From an uncultured Alphaproteobacteria bacterium (GTDB taxonomy: Bacteria > Pseudomonadota > Alphaproteobacteria > Rhizobiales > Xanthobacteraceae): DNA of 64,000 nucleotides. The stretch lies in contig CAWGKB010000003.1 in assembly GCA_963823135.1 (NCBI GenBank), positions 414,289 to 478,288 on the forward strand, written 5' to 3'. The notes below the pieces were generated by a model that was not told the DNA's origin, did not search any database, and saw nothing but the letters and a program-made list of their open reading frames with translations. Positions 55,247 to 64,000 of the stretch are shown here, in pieces. Each line of letters starts with the position of its first letter. Position 1 is the first letter of the stretch. A program made the translations under genes and the position numbers.

Positions 55247-55287
55247 ATCGGCGCCGACTGATCGGCAAGCCGGGGGCGTGTTGTTTT

Positions 55288-56761
55288 ATGCACGCGTGCA
55301 TAGTGTTCCGGCTCGCTACGGCGTTTGCGCTGCTCGTCCTGGTTCAAGGGTCCGCCAGCGCGGACAACGATGGCCAAGACCTGACGAACCAAGGCTTAAC
55401 GAATCAAGACACGGCGGCCGCATTTTCCCTCCCCACCTTCCTGCGCCAGATCACCGATACCGGCGGCCTGCGTTCCAGGCTCGAACAAGACGGCGTCCGC
55501 TTCACCTTCAGCTATTACGGCGACGCCTTCGCCAACCCGGCTGGCGGCGTCAAGCAAGGGCCCGGCTATGACGGACGCTTCGGCACCATTATCGACGCCG
55601 ATCTCCAAAAGCTCATCGGATGGTCGGGCGCGACCTTCCACACCAGCATTCATCAGATTTTCGGCACCCAATTCAGCGCCGTCAATCTCGACAACCTGAT
55701 GCTGGTCAGCGGCATCGAGGCGCCGACCTCGACGCGGTTGTTCAATCTGTGGATCGAGCAACAATTTGCCAATCAGCTCAACCTGCGCGTCGGTCAATTC
55801 ACCGCGGCGCAGGAGTTCATGGTCAGCGACAATGCCAATCTGTTCGTCAACGCCACGTTCGGCTGGCCGCTCCTTGCCTCCGCCGATCTGCCGAGCGGCG
55901 GGCCGAATTATCCGGAAGCGACGCCGGGCGCGCGGCTGCAAATCGCTGTCACCGATCACCTCACCTTCCGCGCTGCCATCTTTGACGGCAATCCCGCCGG
56001 GCCCGGCATCGGCAATCCGGTATTTCGCGACCCGTACGGGCTGGCGTTTCGCGTCAGCGATCCGCCATTCTTCATCGCCGAGTTCGAGTACGAGCACGGC
56101 CAGGCCGGTCCCGGGGCGGCTGCCGTGGACCGCAACCAGGAGGGCGACTTCGCGGCAGTAGCGACGGCGCGTCGCGACGCCGGGGTCGACGCTGCCCGGC
56201 GCCATCAATCTCGGGGCTTGGATCAATACCGGCGCATTTCCCGATCAGCGCTTCAACGCGCAAGGCGCGTTGGCGGTCGCGGCCGGCACGCCGCCCCAGC
56301 ATCAAGGCGATGACGCGGTCTATGGCGTCGTCGATCAGATGCTGTGGCGCGTCCCAGGGCCAGGCGATCGGGCGCTCAATGTTTTCATGCGCGGCATGGC
56401 GGCGCCAGGAGACCGCAATCTGATCGACGTTTACGCCGACGGCGGTTTCACCTTCAAAGGCCCGCTGGAACGGCGCGGTAACGACCTCGCGGGCATTGGT
56501 TTTGCGGTCGGCCGGGTCTCCCCCGCGGCGGCGGCCTTCGACAGCGATCTCGCGACCGCCTTAGGCCGGCCCTACCCGGTGCGGGATTACGAAGCGGTCA
56601 TCGAACTGACCTACCAGTGGAAGCTCGCCGAGAAATGGTTCGTGCAGCCGGATCTCCAGTACATTTTCCATCCCGGCGGCAACATTCCGAACCCGGCCAA
56701 TCCGACCTCGGTCATTCCCAACGCCTTGGTGCTGGGGACCCGCATGGTCATGCGGTTTTAA
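55288..56761 (+). pseudogene. OprB-family carbohydrate-selective porin, interrupted by a single frameshift
   Basis: Signal peptide (MHACIVFRLATAFALLVLVQGSASA). OprB-like sequence runs in frame A to about 56180 and continues in the +1 frame (STLPGAINLGAWINTGAFPDQRF...LVLGTRMVMRF). Removing one G from the GGGG run at 56182-56185 restores a single ORF. Confidence 0.7.
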
Positions 56762-56844
56762 GCGCCGCGCCCGGGAACACGATTCTCGGTGACTCAACGC
56801 GGCGTCGAGGTGAGGCCTCACAACCCTCGCAATCCCAATTGTCA

Positions 56845-57738
56845 CTAGAACTGCCGATTGAGCGTGAGCACGACGGATTGGTTGGTGACCCGCTCCTGGG
56901 CGTTCAGGAATGCAGTGCCGCTGCTCGTGAGCGCTCCGTTCTGGTTCGAAAAGCTGAAAAAATCTTGGATGTTGAAGCTCGCCGATCGCGCATAGGTGTA
57001 GCCAACATCCAAGAACCAGTGCGGTGCGAAAGCGTAGGTCGCGCCAACTTGCGCCGCACCGCCCCACACCCAATTGTCGTTCGAAGCGTTCATCGGCGCG
57101 CCTGTGACACTGAGCGTCTGCCCGCCGATCACGGCAAAGCCCACCCCATTGATGAACTTTGTCTGGACGTCGAACAAAGCTGGGCCGCCGCCGGCATAAA
57201 TCGTCACCTTACCGAACGCGCGGCCAATAGTGGGGATGAACGCGAGCTGGTGCTTGAGATTGATCTCCGCCGGGCTGATCGTCACGAAGCCGGGGAAGTT
57301 TATGGTCGCTCCGCCAATAGTCGTGAAGGACCCCGCTTGCGGGACGCTCACATTCTCCTTCGAGTCGATGTTTGCGTATTTGTAAGTGAATTTGAGCCCG
57401 GCCTGCCACGGGCCATCGGCGAACGGAACGAGATAGCCGAGCTGAATATCGGGCGCGAGGCCGAATCCGTTCCGGTTGAAATCGAAAAAGGGACCGCCGG
57501 CCTGCCCCTGGGCGACCAAGAATGGGCCGACAAGGACATTGGTGACGCCGGATACTCCCTGAAGTGACTGATCGAAATGGGTCCAGTTGACACTGCCGCC
57601 TGCACCGACATAGAGCCCGGACCAGCTCCAAATGGTCGGTGCCGGGTCGGGCGGTGCTTTCACGGCCATGTCGGCTGCCAAAACGGACGTGCTGGTCAGC
57701 GCGGCGATGGCGGCAACCGCAATCGCGGGTTTCCGCAT
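56845..57738 (-). CDS. Outer-membrane beta-barrel protein (porin family)
   Basis: Signal peptide (MRKPAIAVAAIAALTSTSVLAADMA), SWSGLYVGAGGS, and a terminal LTLNRQF aromatic end. The ATG at 57738 was chosen. Confidence 0.75.
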   Translation of the reverse strand: MRKPAIAVAAIAALTSTSVLAADMAVKAPPDPAPTIWSWSGLYVGAGGSVNWTHFDQSLQGVSGVTNVLVGPFLVAQGQAGGPFFDFNRNGFGLAPDIQLGYLVPFADGPWQAGLKFTYKYANIDSKENVSVPQAGSFTTIGGATINFPGFVTISPAEINLKHQLAFIPTIGRAFGKVTIYAGGGPALFDVQTKFINGVGFAVIGGQTLSVTGAPMNASNDNWVWGGAAQVGATYAFAPHWFLDVGYTYARSASFNIQDFFSFSNQNGALTSSGTAFLNAQERVTNQSVVLTLNRQF

Positions 57739-57874
57739 GTTTGCCCTCTGCAAATCGCTAATCATCATAGATTGGGCGAACGGTCGCTCGTTGTTGCCGG
57801 CGAACAACAGTGAATAAGAATCCGCCAGCCGGAAGCAATCGGACGTAGTCACTCGCCAGGCACGCGCGGACACC

Positions 57875-57906
57875 GCGCTTTCGCGCCTTTGCCGGCCCTA
57901 CAAACT
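57875..57906. repeat. Short repeat GCGCTTTCGCGCCTTTGCCGGCCCTACAAACT (copy 1 of 3)
   Basis: The core CCTT(T/C)GCC(C/G)(A/G)CCCTAC recurs at 57946..57969 and 58258..58284. Confidence 0.65.
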
Positions 57907-57945
57907 AATTCAGCTCCTCAGTGCCGCGCCTCACGGTGCGGGATT

Positions 57946-57969
57946 GCGCCTTCGCCCACCCTACAAACT
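57946..57969. repeat. Short repeat GCGCCTTCGCCCACCCTACAAACT (copy 2 of 3)
   Basis: See copy 1. Confidence 0.65.
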
Positions 57970-58005
57970 TGCGAGAGATTTCGCCGTATAGCCATATTAT
58001 TGATT

Positions 58006-58230
58006 ATGGCTTTCGATATGAAAACGACTTTCAATATTGACGATACGCTTATGGCCGACCTCAAGCGCGAAGCTGCGCGCCAGGGTCGACCGATGTCAGA
58101 AATCGTGGAGATAGCGCTGCGGCTGATGCTGGGCTCACGGCCTAAGCCGCTGCCGACATTCAACAGCGGCGGCCATCTTGTCGACATTGCCGACCGCAAT
58201 GCTCTGTATGACGCGATGGAAGGTCGGTAG
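58006..58230 (+). CDS. VapB-type (DUF2191-like) type II antitoxin, apparently without a toxin partner
   Basis: MKTTFNIDDTLMADLKREAARQGRPMSEIVEIALRLML matches the MRTTL.IDD.L...a pattern of VapB/DUF2191 antitoxins. An alternative ATG is at 58018. Confidence 0.6.
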   Translation: MAFDMKTTFNIDDTLMADLKREAARQGRPMSEIVEIALRLMLGSRPKPLPTFNSGGHLVDIADRNALYDAMEGR

Positions 58231-58257
58231 TGGTGGCGTGAGATCACGCGTGGGCTC

Positions 58258-58284
58258 GGCGCTTCGCGCCTTTGCCCACCCTAC
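58258..58284. repeat. Short repeat GGCGCTTCGCGCCTTTGCCCACCCTAC (copy 3 of 3)
   Basis: See copy 1. It lies between the antitoxin stop and the scoB stop. Confidence 0.65.
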
Positions 58285-58287
58285 TGC

Positions 58288-58938
58288 TCAGTGCTTGACC
58301 GTATTGGCGACCTTGTAGCTCGCCTCGGTCTTGGCCTTGATGTCATCGAGCGTCACGTCGGGGGCGAGCTCGATCAAGGTCATGCCGCCGCCTTTGCGGT
58401 CGATGGCGAAGACGCCGAGATCGGTGATCACCATGTCGACGACGCCGGCGCCGGTGAGCGGCAGGGTGCATTTGTGCAGGAGCTTGGCCTCGTTCTTGGC
58501 CGAATGCTCCATGACGACGACGACCTTCTTGACGCCGCCGACCAGGTCCATGGCGCCGCCCATGCCCTTGACCATCTTGCCCGGGATCATCCAGTTGGCG
58601 AGGTCGCCGTTCTCGGCCACCTGCATGGCGCCGAGGATGGCAAGGTCGATATGGCCGCCGCGGATCATGGCGAATGAGTTGGCGGAGCTGAAATAGCTCG
58701 TGGTCGGCAGCTCGGTGACGGTCTGCTTGCCGGCATTGATCAGGTCGGCGTCCTCCTCGCCTTCAAAGGGAAACGGCCCGGTGCCGAGCATGCCGTTCTC
58801 GGACTGCAGCTGCACACTCATCCCGTCCGGAATGAAGTTCGACACCAGCGTCGGGATGCCGATGCCGAGATTGACGTAGAAGCCGTCCTCAAGCTCCTTG
58901 GCGGCGCGCGCCGCCATTTGGTCGCGGGTCCAAGGCAT
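58288..58938 (-). CDS. scoB: 3-oxoacid CoA-transferase subunit B
   Basis: Catalytic-Glu context (QSENGMLG). The ATG forms an ATGA overlap with the scoA stop at 58936-58940. Confidence 0.9.
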   Translation of the reverse strand: MPWTRDQMAARAAKELEDGFYVNLGIGIPTLVSNFIPDGMSVQLQSENGMLGTGPFPFEGEEDADLINAGKQTVTELPTTSYFSSANSFAMIRGGHIDLAILGAMQVAENGDLANWMIPGKMVKGMGGAMDLVGGVKKVVVVMEHSAKNEAKLLHKCTLPLTGAGVVDMVITDLGVFAIDRKGGGMTLIELAPDVTLDDIKAKTEASYKVANTVKH

Positions 58939-59675
58939 CAGACTTCCTCTCCTGTTCCGGCCGGCGCGTCGGCCGGCGTGCGTTTGCGGACGGTGCGTTG
59001 CTCGATGTATTTGGCGGCGTTCGGCACGTGGATGATGCGCTGCACGTAGATGCCGGGCGTGATGATGTGATCCGGCTCGATCTCGCCCGTCCTCACCAGA
59101 TGCTCGACCTCGGCGACGGTGACTGTGCCCGCGGTGGCCATGACCGGATTGAAGTTGCGCGCGGTCTTGCGGTAGACGAGGTTGCCTTCGGTATCGCCGA
59201 GATAGGCATGGACGATCGACAGATCGGAAACCAGGCCGTGCTCCATCACGTAACGCGCGCCGTCGAATTCGCGCACATCCTTGCCGTCGGCGATCAGCGT
59301 CCCGACGCCGGTCCGGGTAAAAAACGCTGGCACCCCGGCGCCGCCGGCGCGGATCCGCTCGGCCAGCGTGCCCTGCGGATTGAATTCGATCTCCAGCTCG
59401 TTGGCGAGATATTGCTGGGCGAAGGTTTTGTTTTCGCCGACATACGAGGCGATCATCTTCTTGATCTGCCGGGTATCAAGGAGCACGCCGAGCCCCTTGC
59501 CGTCGATACCGCAATTGTTGGAGACGACGGTCAGGTTTTTGACGCCGGAATCGCGGATCGCCAGGATCAATGTCTCGGGGATGCCGCACAGGCCGAAGCC
59601 GCCGGCCATGATCATCATGCCGTCCTTGAGGAGCCCGGCCAACGCGGCGCGCGGGTCGGCATAGACCTTATTCAT
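58938..59675 (-). CDS. scoA: 3-oxoacid CoA-transferase subunit A
   Basis: [21 protein letters not shown] motifs. Confidence 0.9.
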   Translation of the reverse strand: MNKVYADPRAALAGLLKDGMMIMAGGFGLCGIPETLILAIRDSGVKNLTVVSNNCGIDGKGLGVLLDTRQIKKMIASYVGENKTFAQQYLANELEIEFNPQGTLAERIRAGGAGVPAFFTRTGVGTLIADGKDVREFDGARYVMEHGLVSDLSIVHAYLGDTEGNLVYRKTARNFNPVMATAGTVTVAEVEHLVRTGEIEPDHIITPGIYVQRIIHVPNAAKYIEQRTVRKRTPADAPAGTGEEV

Positions 59676-59748
59676 GACCGCTCCATTGCTTCCGGGAAAA
59701 TCCTAAATCACGCAGATCCGCTTACGGATAACTTGACCGGCGCAAAGG

Positions 59749-59973
59749 TCAACCGGCCGGCGTCGTATAGGTGGAGATGATCGGCAGCGGCAGCGTCGGG
59801 TGGGGATAGTGATTCCATAGGACGAAAACCACGGCAAAGAGAACGCCGGCAATGACGGCGCCGGCGAAGCGGTTGCGAAACGCAATCAGGCTGCCCAGCA
59901 AAGCGGCAACAAACGCGAACACGCCCATCAGGAACACGAACATCCAATTCACAGTCGACAAGTCGATCGGCAT
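59749..59973 (-). CDS. Small hypothetical membrane protein (2 TM)
   Basis: Two hydrophobic helices (WMFVFLMGVFAFVAALLGSLIAF; AGAVIAGVLFAVVFVLW). Confidence 0.45.
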   Translation of the reverse strand: MPIDLSTVNWMFVFLMGVFAFVAALLGSLIAFRNRFAGAVIAGVLFAVVFVLWNHYPHPTLPLPIISTYTTPAG

Positions 59974-60170
59974 TTTTCTCGCTCCTGGTTCTATGCGTTC
60001 GGCAATGCGTGCTTAAACGACGTCGGCCGATAGTGTAGCCGAGGTTGTAACACGGCGCGACGGCTGGCGTCGCTTGACGCACGACGTTATACCGGCCCCG
60101 GCCGCACCCGACCGGGCGTGGAGCGGGCCAAGGGAAGCGAAGGGACGCGAAGGGAAGCGACGCACACCAC

Positions 60171-61373
60171 ATGACCAAGCTTTCGGAACGCCTGCAGACG
60201 CCAATCTCGACCGCCGAGCTGGAACGCCGCTGGGCCGCGGTGCGCCGTGCCATGGAACGCGAAAAGATCGATGTTCTGTTGATGCAGAACAACAACGATC
60301 ACATGGGCGGCTACGTCAAATATTTCACCGATCTGCCGGCGACCAACGGCTATCCGCTGACGGTCGTGTTCCCCCGTGACGATCTGATGACGCTGGTCAG
60401 CATGGGCCCGTTCGGCGGCGAGACCCACCCGGCGGCGAACGGCGACGGCCTGAGCCGCGGCGTCAAGCAATGGCTGACCACGCCGAGCTTCGCGTCGTGC
60501 TATTACACTGCGAGTTACGATCCGGAGTTGGCGGCCAAGGCTCTGGCGCCGTATGCCGGCGGCACCATCGGCCTGGTCGGCACTTACTCCATGTCGTTTG
60601 CGTTGGTCGATTATCTGCAGAAGGGCCGGTTCTCGAATTCCCGGTTCGTCGACGCCGCCGACCTGGTCGATCGCATCAAGGTCATCAAGAGCGCCGAGGA
60701 ACGCGAGCTCATCCGCCGCGCCGCCGCCATGCAGGACGGCGCCATGCGCGCCGCTTTTGCCGCGATCGAGCCGGGCATGCGCGACCGCGACGTCGCCGCC
60801 ATCGCGCAATGTTACAGTCAGCGCCATGGCAGCGAGAACGGCATCTACCTGTGCGCCTCGATGCCGGCCGATACGCCTTCGGCGTTCAGCCAGCGCCACT
60901 ACCAGAACCGCGTCATCGAACAAGGGGACGTAGTCGCGCTTCTGGTCGAGGATTCCGGCCCCGGCGGCATGTATACCGAGCTTGGCCGCACCTGCGTCGT
61001 CGGCAAGGCATCAGCCGAACTGAAGGACGAGTTCGCCTTCGCACTGGAGGCACGAAAGTTCAATCTCGGGCTGCTCAAGCCCGGCACGCCGAGCGCGGAC
61101 ATTTTCGCCGCCTACAACGACTTCATGCGCAAGAACGGCCGGCCCGAGGAAAAGCGCCTGCACTGCCACGGCCAGGGCTACGATCTGGTGGAACGGCCGC
61201 TCATTCGCAGCGACGAGCCGATGGCGATCGCCAAGGACATGAACATCGTCGTGCACCCGACCTACATCCGCGGTCATGTGCTGTCCTGGGTGTGCGACAA
61301 TTACCTGATCGAGGCCGACGGACCGGGCGAGCGGCTGCATCGCTTCCCGGAAGTGATCACCGAGTTGGGGTGA
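60171..61373 (+). CDS. M24 family metallopeptidase (Xaa-Pro aminopeptidase/creatinase-like)
   Basis: A creatinase-like N-domain plus a pita-bread C-domain with metal-ligand contexts (GDVVALLVED, HCHGQGYDLVERP, VHP). Confidence 0.8.
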   Translation: MTKLSERLQTPISTAELERRWAAVRRAMEREKIDVLLMQNNNDHMGGYVKYFTDLPATNGYPLTVVFPRDDLMTLVSMGPFGGETHPAANGDGLSRGVKQWLTTPSFASCYYTASYDPELAAKALAPYAGGTIGLVGTYSMSFALVDYLQKGRFSNSRFVDAADLVDRIKVIKSAEERELIRRAAAMQDGAMRAAFAAIEPGMRDRDVAAIAQCYSQRHGSENGIYLCASMPADTPSAFSQRHYQNRVIEQGDVVALLVEDSGPGGMYTELGRTCVVGKASAELKDEFAFALEARKFNLGLLKPGTPSADIFAAYNDFMRKNGRPEEKRLHCHGQGYDLVERPLIRSDEPMAIAKDMNIVVHPTYIRGHVLSWVCDNYLIEADGPGERLHRFPEVITELG

Positions 61374-61502
61374 CGACAAAGACGCCCGATCCCCGCGCTG
61401 CCGAACCGCCGTGTTTTTGCTCCGCCGAGCAACCGCAGCTTTGCTTCATCGCACTGTCATCGCCGCTCCCTAACCTCCTCGCCTCACACAGCCCGGCAGG
61501 AG

Positions 61503-63284
61503 ATGATCATGCGGCACACCAAGCCCTTTATGCGTGCAGCCTCAGGTGCCGTTATGCGTTCGGCACTGGTTGTCGCCTTCGGCGCGACGGCATTTTTGGT
61601 TCCCCACGCCAGCGCGATCGCCGGCGACGATGTCCTGCAGGCACTCAAGCCCCTCACCGACGCGATGCTGGCAAAGCCGGCGCCGGAAGACTGGCTGATG
61701 CGACGCGGCGATTATCGCGCCTCCGGCTTTAGCGCACTCGATCAGGTTACAGCCGTAAACGTCGGCCGCCTGAAGCTCGCCTGGGCCTGGAACATGGAGC
61801 CGGGATATCAGGAAGAGGCGCCGCTCGCCCATGACGGCGTCCTCTTTCTGGCCAATCCAAAGAATGTGGTCCAGGCGCTCGATGGCCGCAGCGGCGACCT
61901 ATTGTGGGAGTACCGGCGTGAGCTGCCGAAGCTCGAGGGGGGCTATCACAACGATCTCTTGAATCGGGCACGCGGCACCATCGCGCTTTATGCCGACAAG
62001 GTGGTGCTGGCGACGGCGGACGCGCACATCCTGGCGCTCGACGCTCGCACCGGCAAGGTCGTTTGGGACACCGCGGTCGCCGATTATCACCAAGGCTATA
62101 CCTTCACCGGCGGCCCCCTCGTCGCTGGCGGCAAGGTCGTCGCCGGCATTTCCGGCTGCACCAACCCCGGCACCAGCGGGTGCTTCATCGTCGCCGTCGA
62201 TGCCAACTCTGGAAAGGAACTGTGGCGGACCAAAACAATCGCCCAGCCCGGCTCGCCGGGCGATGACAGCTGGCATGGATTGCCGGCCGAGCAACGCAAC
62301 GGCGGCTCGGTCTGGACCTCCGGAAGCTACGATCCAGCGCTGAACCTCTTGTACTTCGGCACCGGCGGCCCGATCCCGCACAGCGAAATCGTCCGCGGCA
62401 CCGGCGACGGCGCCGTACTCTACACCGATTCAACGCTGGCGCTCGATGCCGACACCGGCAAGATCGTCTGGTACCACCAGTTCCTGCCGCGCGATAACTG
62501 GAATTTCGATCACGTCTTCGAGCAGGTGCTGGTCGATATCGACGTCGACAATCGTCCGCGGCAGGCGTTGCTGGCGATTGGCAAGCCCGGCATCATCTGG
62601 GCTCTCGACCGCCGCACCGGTGAGTTTCTCTGGGAGCGCGAAACGACGTACCAGACGGTCTATAAGCACATCGATCCGCGGACCGGGAAAGTCACGATCA
62701 ACGAAGACCTGATTCCGACTAAGCTCGACGAGACCAAATTTGTTTGCCCGTCGAACTATGGCGGTAAATTGTGGATGGCGACGGCCTACAATCCGGCGTC
62801 AAAGACTTTGTTCGTGCCGCTGAATAATCTGTGCATGGACTATAAGACGGTCGCGCAAGAGCCCACTCCCGGCGAGGACTATGGCCGCGGCCGCATGGTG
62901 TTCCGCCGCGCCCCGGACGACAGCGGCAATATAGGCCGCGTCGACGCCGTCAACCTGAAGAACCGGGAGACGCAATGGACGCAACAGCGGCGTCCGTATT
63001 TATCGAGCTCGCTGTTGGCAACTGCAGGAGGACTGGTTTTCGGCGGCGACACCAATCGCCGGATTGTCGCATTTGATGCGGCCTCCGGAAAGACGCTTTG
63101 GGAATTGCCGCTCAACAGTCAGCCGGGCGGATTTCCCATGACTTACATGGCCGCCGGCAAGCAATACGTGGCGATTCCGACCGGCTTGAGCCTGATCGGC
63201 AACCGCGTGGTCCGCCAGTTGACGCCGGAAATCCCGGTTCCGAGTCGCGGCTCGACGCTGATGGTATTCGCCTTGCCTGAGTGA
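61503..63284 (+). CDS. PQQ-dependent dehydrogenase-like eight-bladed beta-propeller (methanol/ethanol family-related, divergent)
   Basis: Signal peptide. W-docking repeats (LAWAW, LLWEY, VVWDT, ELWRT, IVWYH, FLWER, TLWEL). The DWLMRRGDY..SGFS start is typical of quinoprotein ADHs. Confidence 0.7.
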   Translation: MIMRHTKPFMRAASGAVMRSALVVAFGATAFLVPHASAIAGDDVLQALKPLTDAMLAKPAPEDWLMRRGDYRASGFSALDQVTAVNVGRLKLAWAWNMEPGYQEEAPLAHDGVLFLANPKNVVQALDGRSGDLLWEYRRELPKLEGGYHNDLLNRARGTIALYADKVVLATADAHILALDARTGKVVWDTAVADYHQGYTFTGGPLVAGGKVVAGISGCTNPGTSGCFIVAVDANSGKELWRTKTIAQPGSPGDDSWHGLPAEQRNGGSVWTSGSYDPALNLLYFGTGGPIPHSEIVRGTGDGAVLYTDSTLALDADTGKIVWYHQFLPRDNWNFDHVFEQVLVDIDVDNRPRQALLAIGKPGIIWALDRRTGEFLWERETTYQTVYKHIDPRTGKVTINEDLIPTKLDETKFVCPSNYGGKLWMATAYNPASKTLFVPLNNLCMDYKTVAQEPTPGEDYGRGRMVFRRAPDDSGNIGRVDAVNLKNRETQWTQQRRPYLSSSLLATAGGLVFGGDTNRRIVAFDAASGKTLWELPLNSQPGGFPMTYMAAGKQYVAIPTGLSLIGNRVVRQLTPEIPVPSRGSTLMVFALPE

Positions 63285-63386
63285 GCCGGATGCCCGCTGG
63301 CGTTTTATCCTTTTCCCGCACAAAGCGGATAAAACGCGCACGAAGCGGATAGGCTCCGCGGCGCCGCTTTTGGACAATGCTCCCTT

Positions 63387-63408
63387 CCCTCCCCGCGAAC
63401 GGGGAGGG
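63387..63408. repeat. Hairpin CCCTCCCC-GCGAAC-GGGGAGGG (CTCCCCGCG..CGGGGAG family)
   Basis: Followed by TTGAGTGGGGATGA, parallel to GGTCGGGATGAGGGGG after the hairpin at 54395. Confidence 0.6.
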
Positions 63409-63437
63409 TTGAGTGGGGATGAAAGCGAGGCAGCGCC

Positions 63438-64000
63438 ATGCGCGGGCTCGACGGCAAGACGGCCATCGTCGCGGGCGGCTCGACTCTCATCGGACAAGCC
63501 GTCGCGCAAACGCTCGCGCAATATGGCTGTGCCGTCGTCATTGCCGACATCAATGTGCCGGACGGCGAGGCGGCGGCCAAAAAACTCGGCGGCAAGGCGC
63601 GCTTCATCCGTTGCGACATCACCAGCGACGCCGACGTCGCGGCGCTGGTGAAAGCCGTGGTCGAGGCGACCGGCCGGCTCGATTTTCTGGTCAACGTCGC
63701 CTGCACCTATCTCGACAACGGCGCCGACACGACACGTGCCGACTGGCTCACAGCCTTCAACGTCAACGTCTTAGGCTCGGTGATGCTGATGCAGGCGGCG
63801 CGGCCGCATCTGAAAAAGAACAAAGGCGCGATCGTCAATTTCGGCTCGATCTCTGCGCGGGTGGCGCAAACCGGCCGCTGGGTCTATCCGGTTTGCAAGG
63901 CCGCGATCCTGCAATTGACCCGCAACCAGGCCATGGACCTCGCCCCCGACGGCATCCGCGTCAACGCGGTCTCGCCGGGATGGACCTGGAGCAACATCAT
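63438..64000 (+). CDS. Short-chain dehydrogenase/reductase (SDR), 3' end beyond window
   Basis: My own translation from the ATG at 63438: MRGLDGKTAIVAGGSTLIGQAV (TGxxxGxG-type), NFGSISA, YPVCK (YxxxK), GIRVNAVSPG. No stop occurs before the window end. Confidence 0.8.
   Translation, partial: MRGLDGKTAIVAGGSTLIGQAVAQTLAQYGCAVVIADINVPDGEAAAKKLGGKARFIRCDITSDADVAALVKAVVEATGRLDFLVNVACTYLDNGADTTRADWLTAFNVNVLGSVMLMQAARPHLKKNKGAIVNFGSISARVAQTGRWVYPVCKAAILQLTRNQAMDLAPDGIRVNAVSPGWTWSNI

Noticed and set aside
58231-58287. Remnant vapC toxin downstream of the VapB-like ORF.
   Set aside because: Only a 3-codon frame (GTG GTG GCG TGA) exists before a repeat copy and the convergent scoB stop. No PIN-domain sequence appears in any frame.

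Overview
This is a high-GC chromosomal segment, roughly 63-65% GC judged by eye. Gene content and repeat families look like a Bradyrhizobium/Nitrobacteraceae-type alphaproteobacterium. All calls come from reading the sequence and ORF translations and recognising motifs; no searches were run. Most of the window is core genome:
- pepN, truncated at the 5' window edge.
- A denitrification module: a perfect FNR-type box, then a four-domain TM-cytochrome c-cupredoxin-NirK, then NnrS, then a DUF155/RMD1-like gene.
- A PleC/PdhS-like kinase, a rhodanese and glnE.
- A cytochrome c maturation block, ccmI-ccmE-ccmF-ccmH-degP. It is followed by a FeuPQ-like two-component pair that an opposite-strand family III CoA-transferase splits apart.
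- A PepSY-RR-HK module, a DHA2 MFS exporter, outer-membrane barrels, a stand-alone clpS, speH-speE, GST, a MetE-like protein, csbD and meaB.
- A TAT beta-helix protein, a PQQ sugar dehydrogenase, a livGF-SBP-livHM ABC operon, a frameshifted OprB-type porin, scoAB, an M24 peptidase, a divergent quinoprotein and a 3'-truncated SDR.

The clearest accessory stretch is 31.7-36.8 kb. It holds an intact 1,971-bp IS1595-family element with perfect 24-bp IRs and an 8-bp target duplication. The element carries low-GC cargo: a 194-aa MtlR-like helical protein and possibly a small convergent ORF. Next come two tandem paralogous small secreted proteins and two uncharacterised membrane-anchored proteins.

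Other points worth a second look:
- a secreted Kazal-like cysteine-rich protein;
- an orphan VapB-like antitoxin embedded in short repeats;
- a ~1-kb non-coding, hairpin-rich region upstream of the porin;
- several REP-like palindrome families that sit at gene ends;
- repeated ATGA/GTGA start-stop overlaps.

I saw no rRNA, tRNA or CRISPR array. I did not find a multi-gene system that I can confidently call novel. The IS cargo and the small-secreted-protein cluster are the best candidates.
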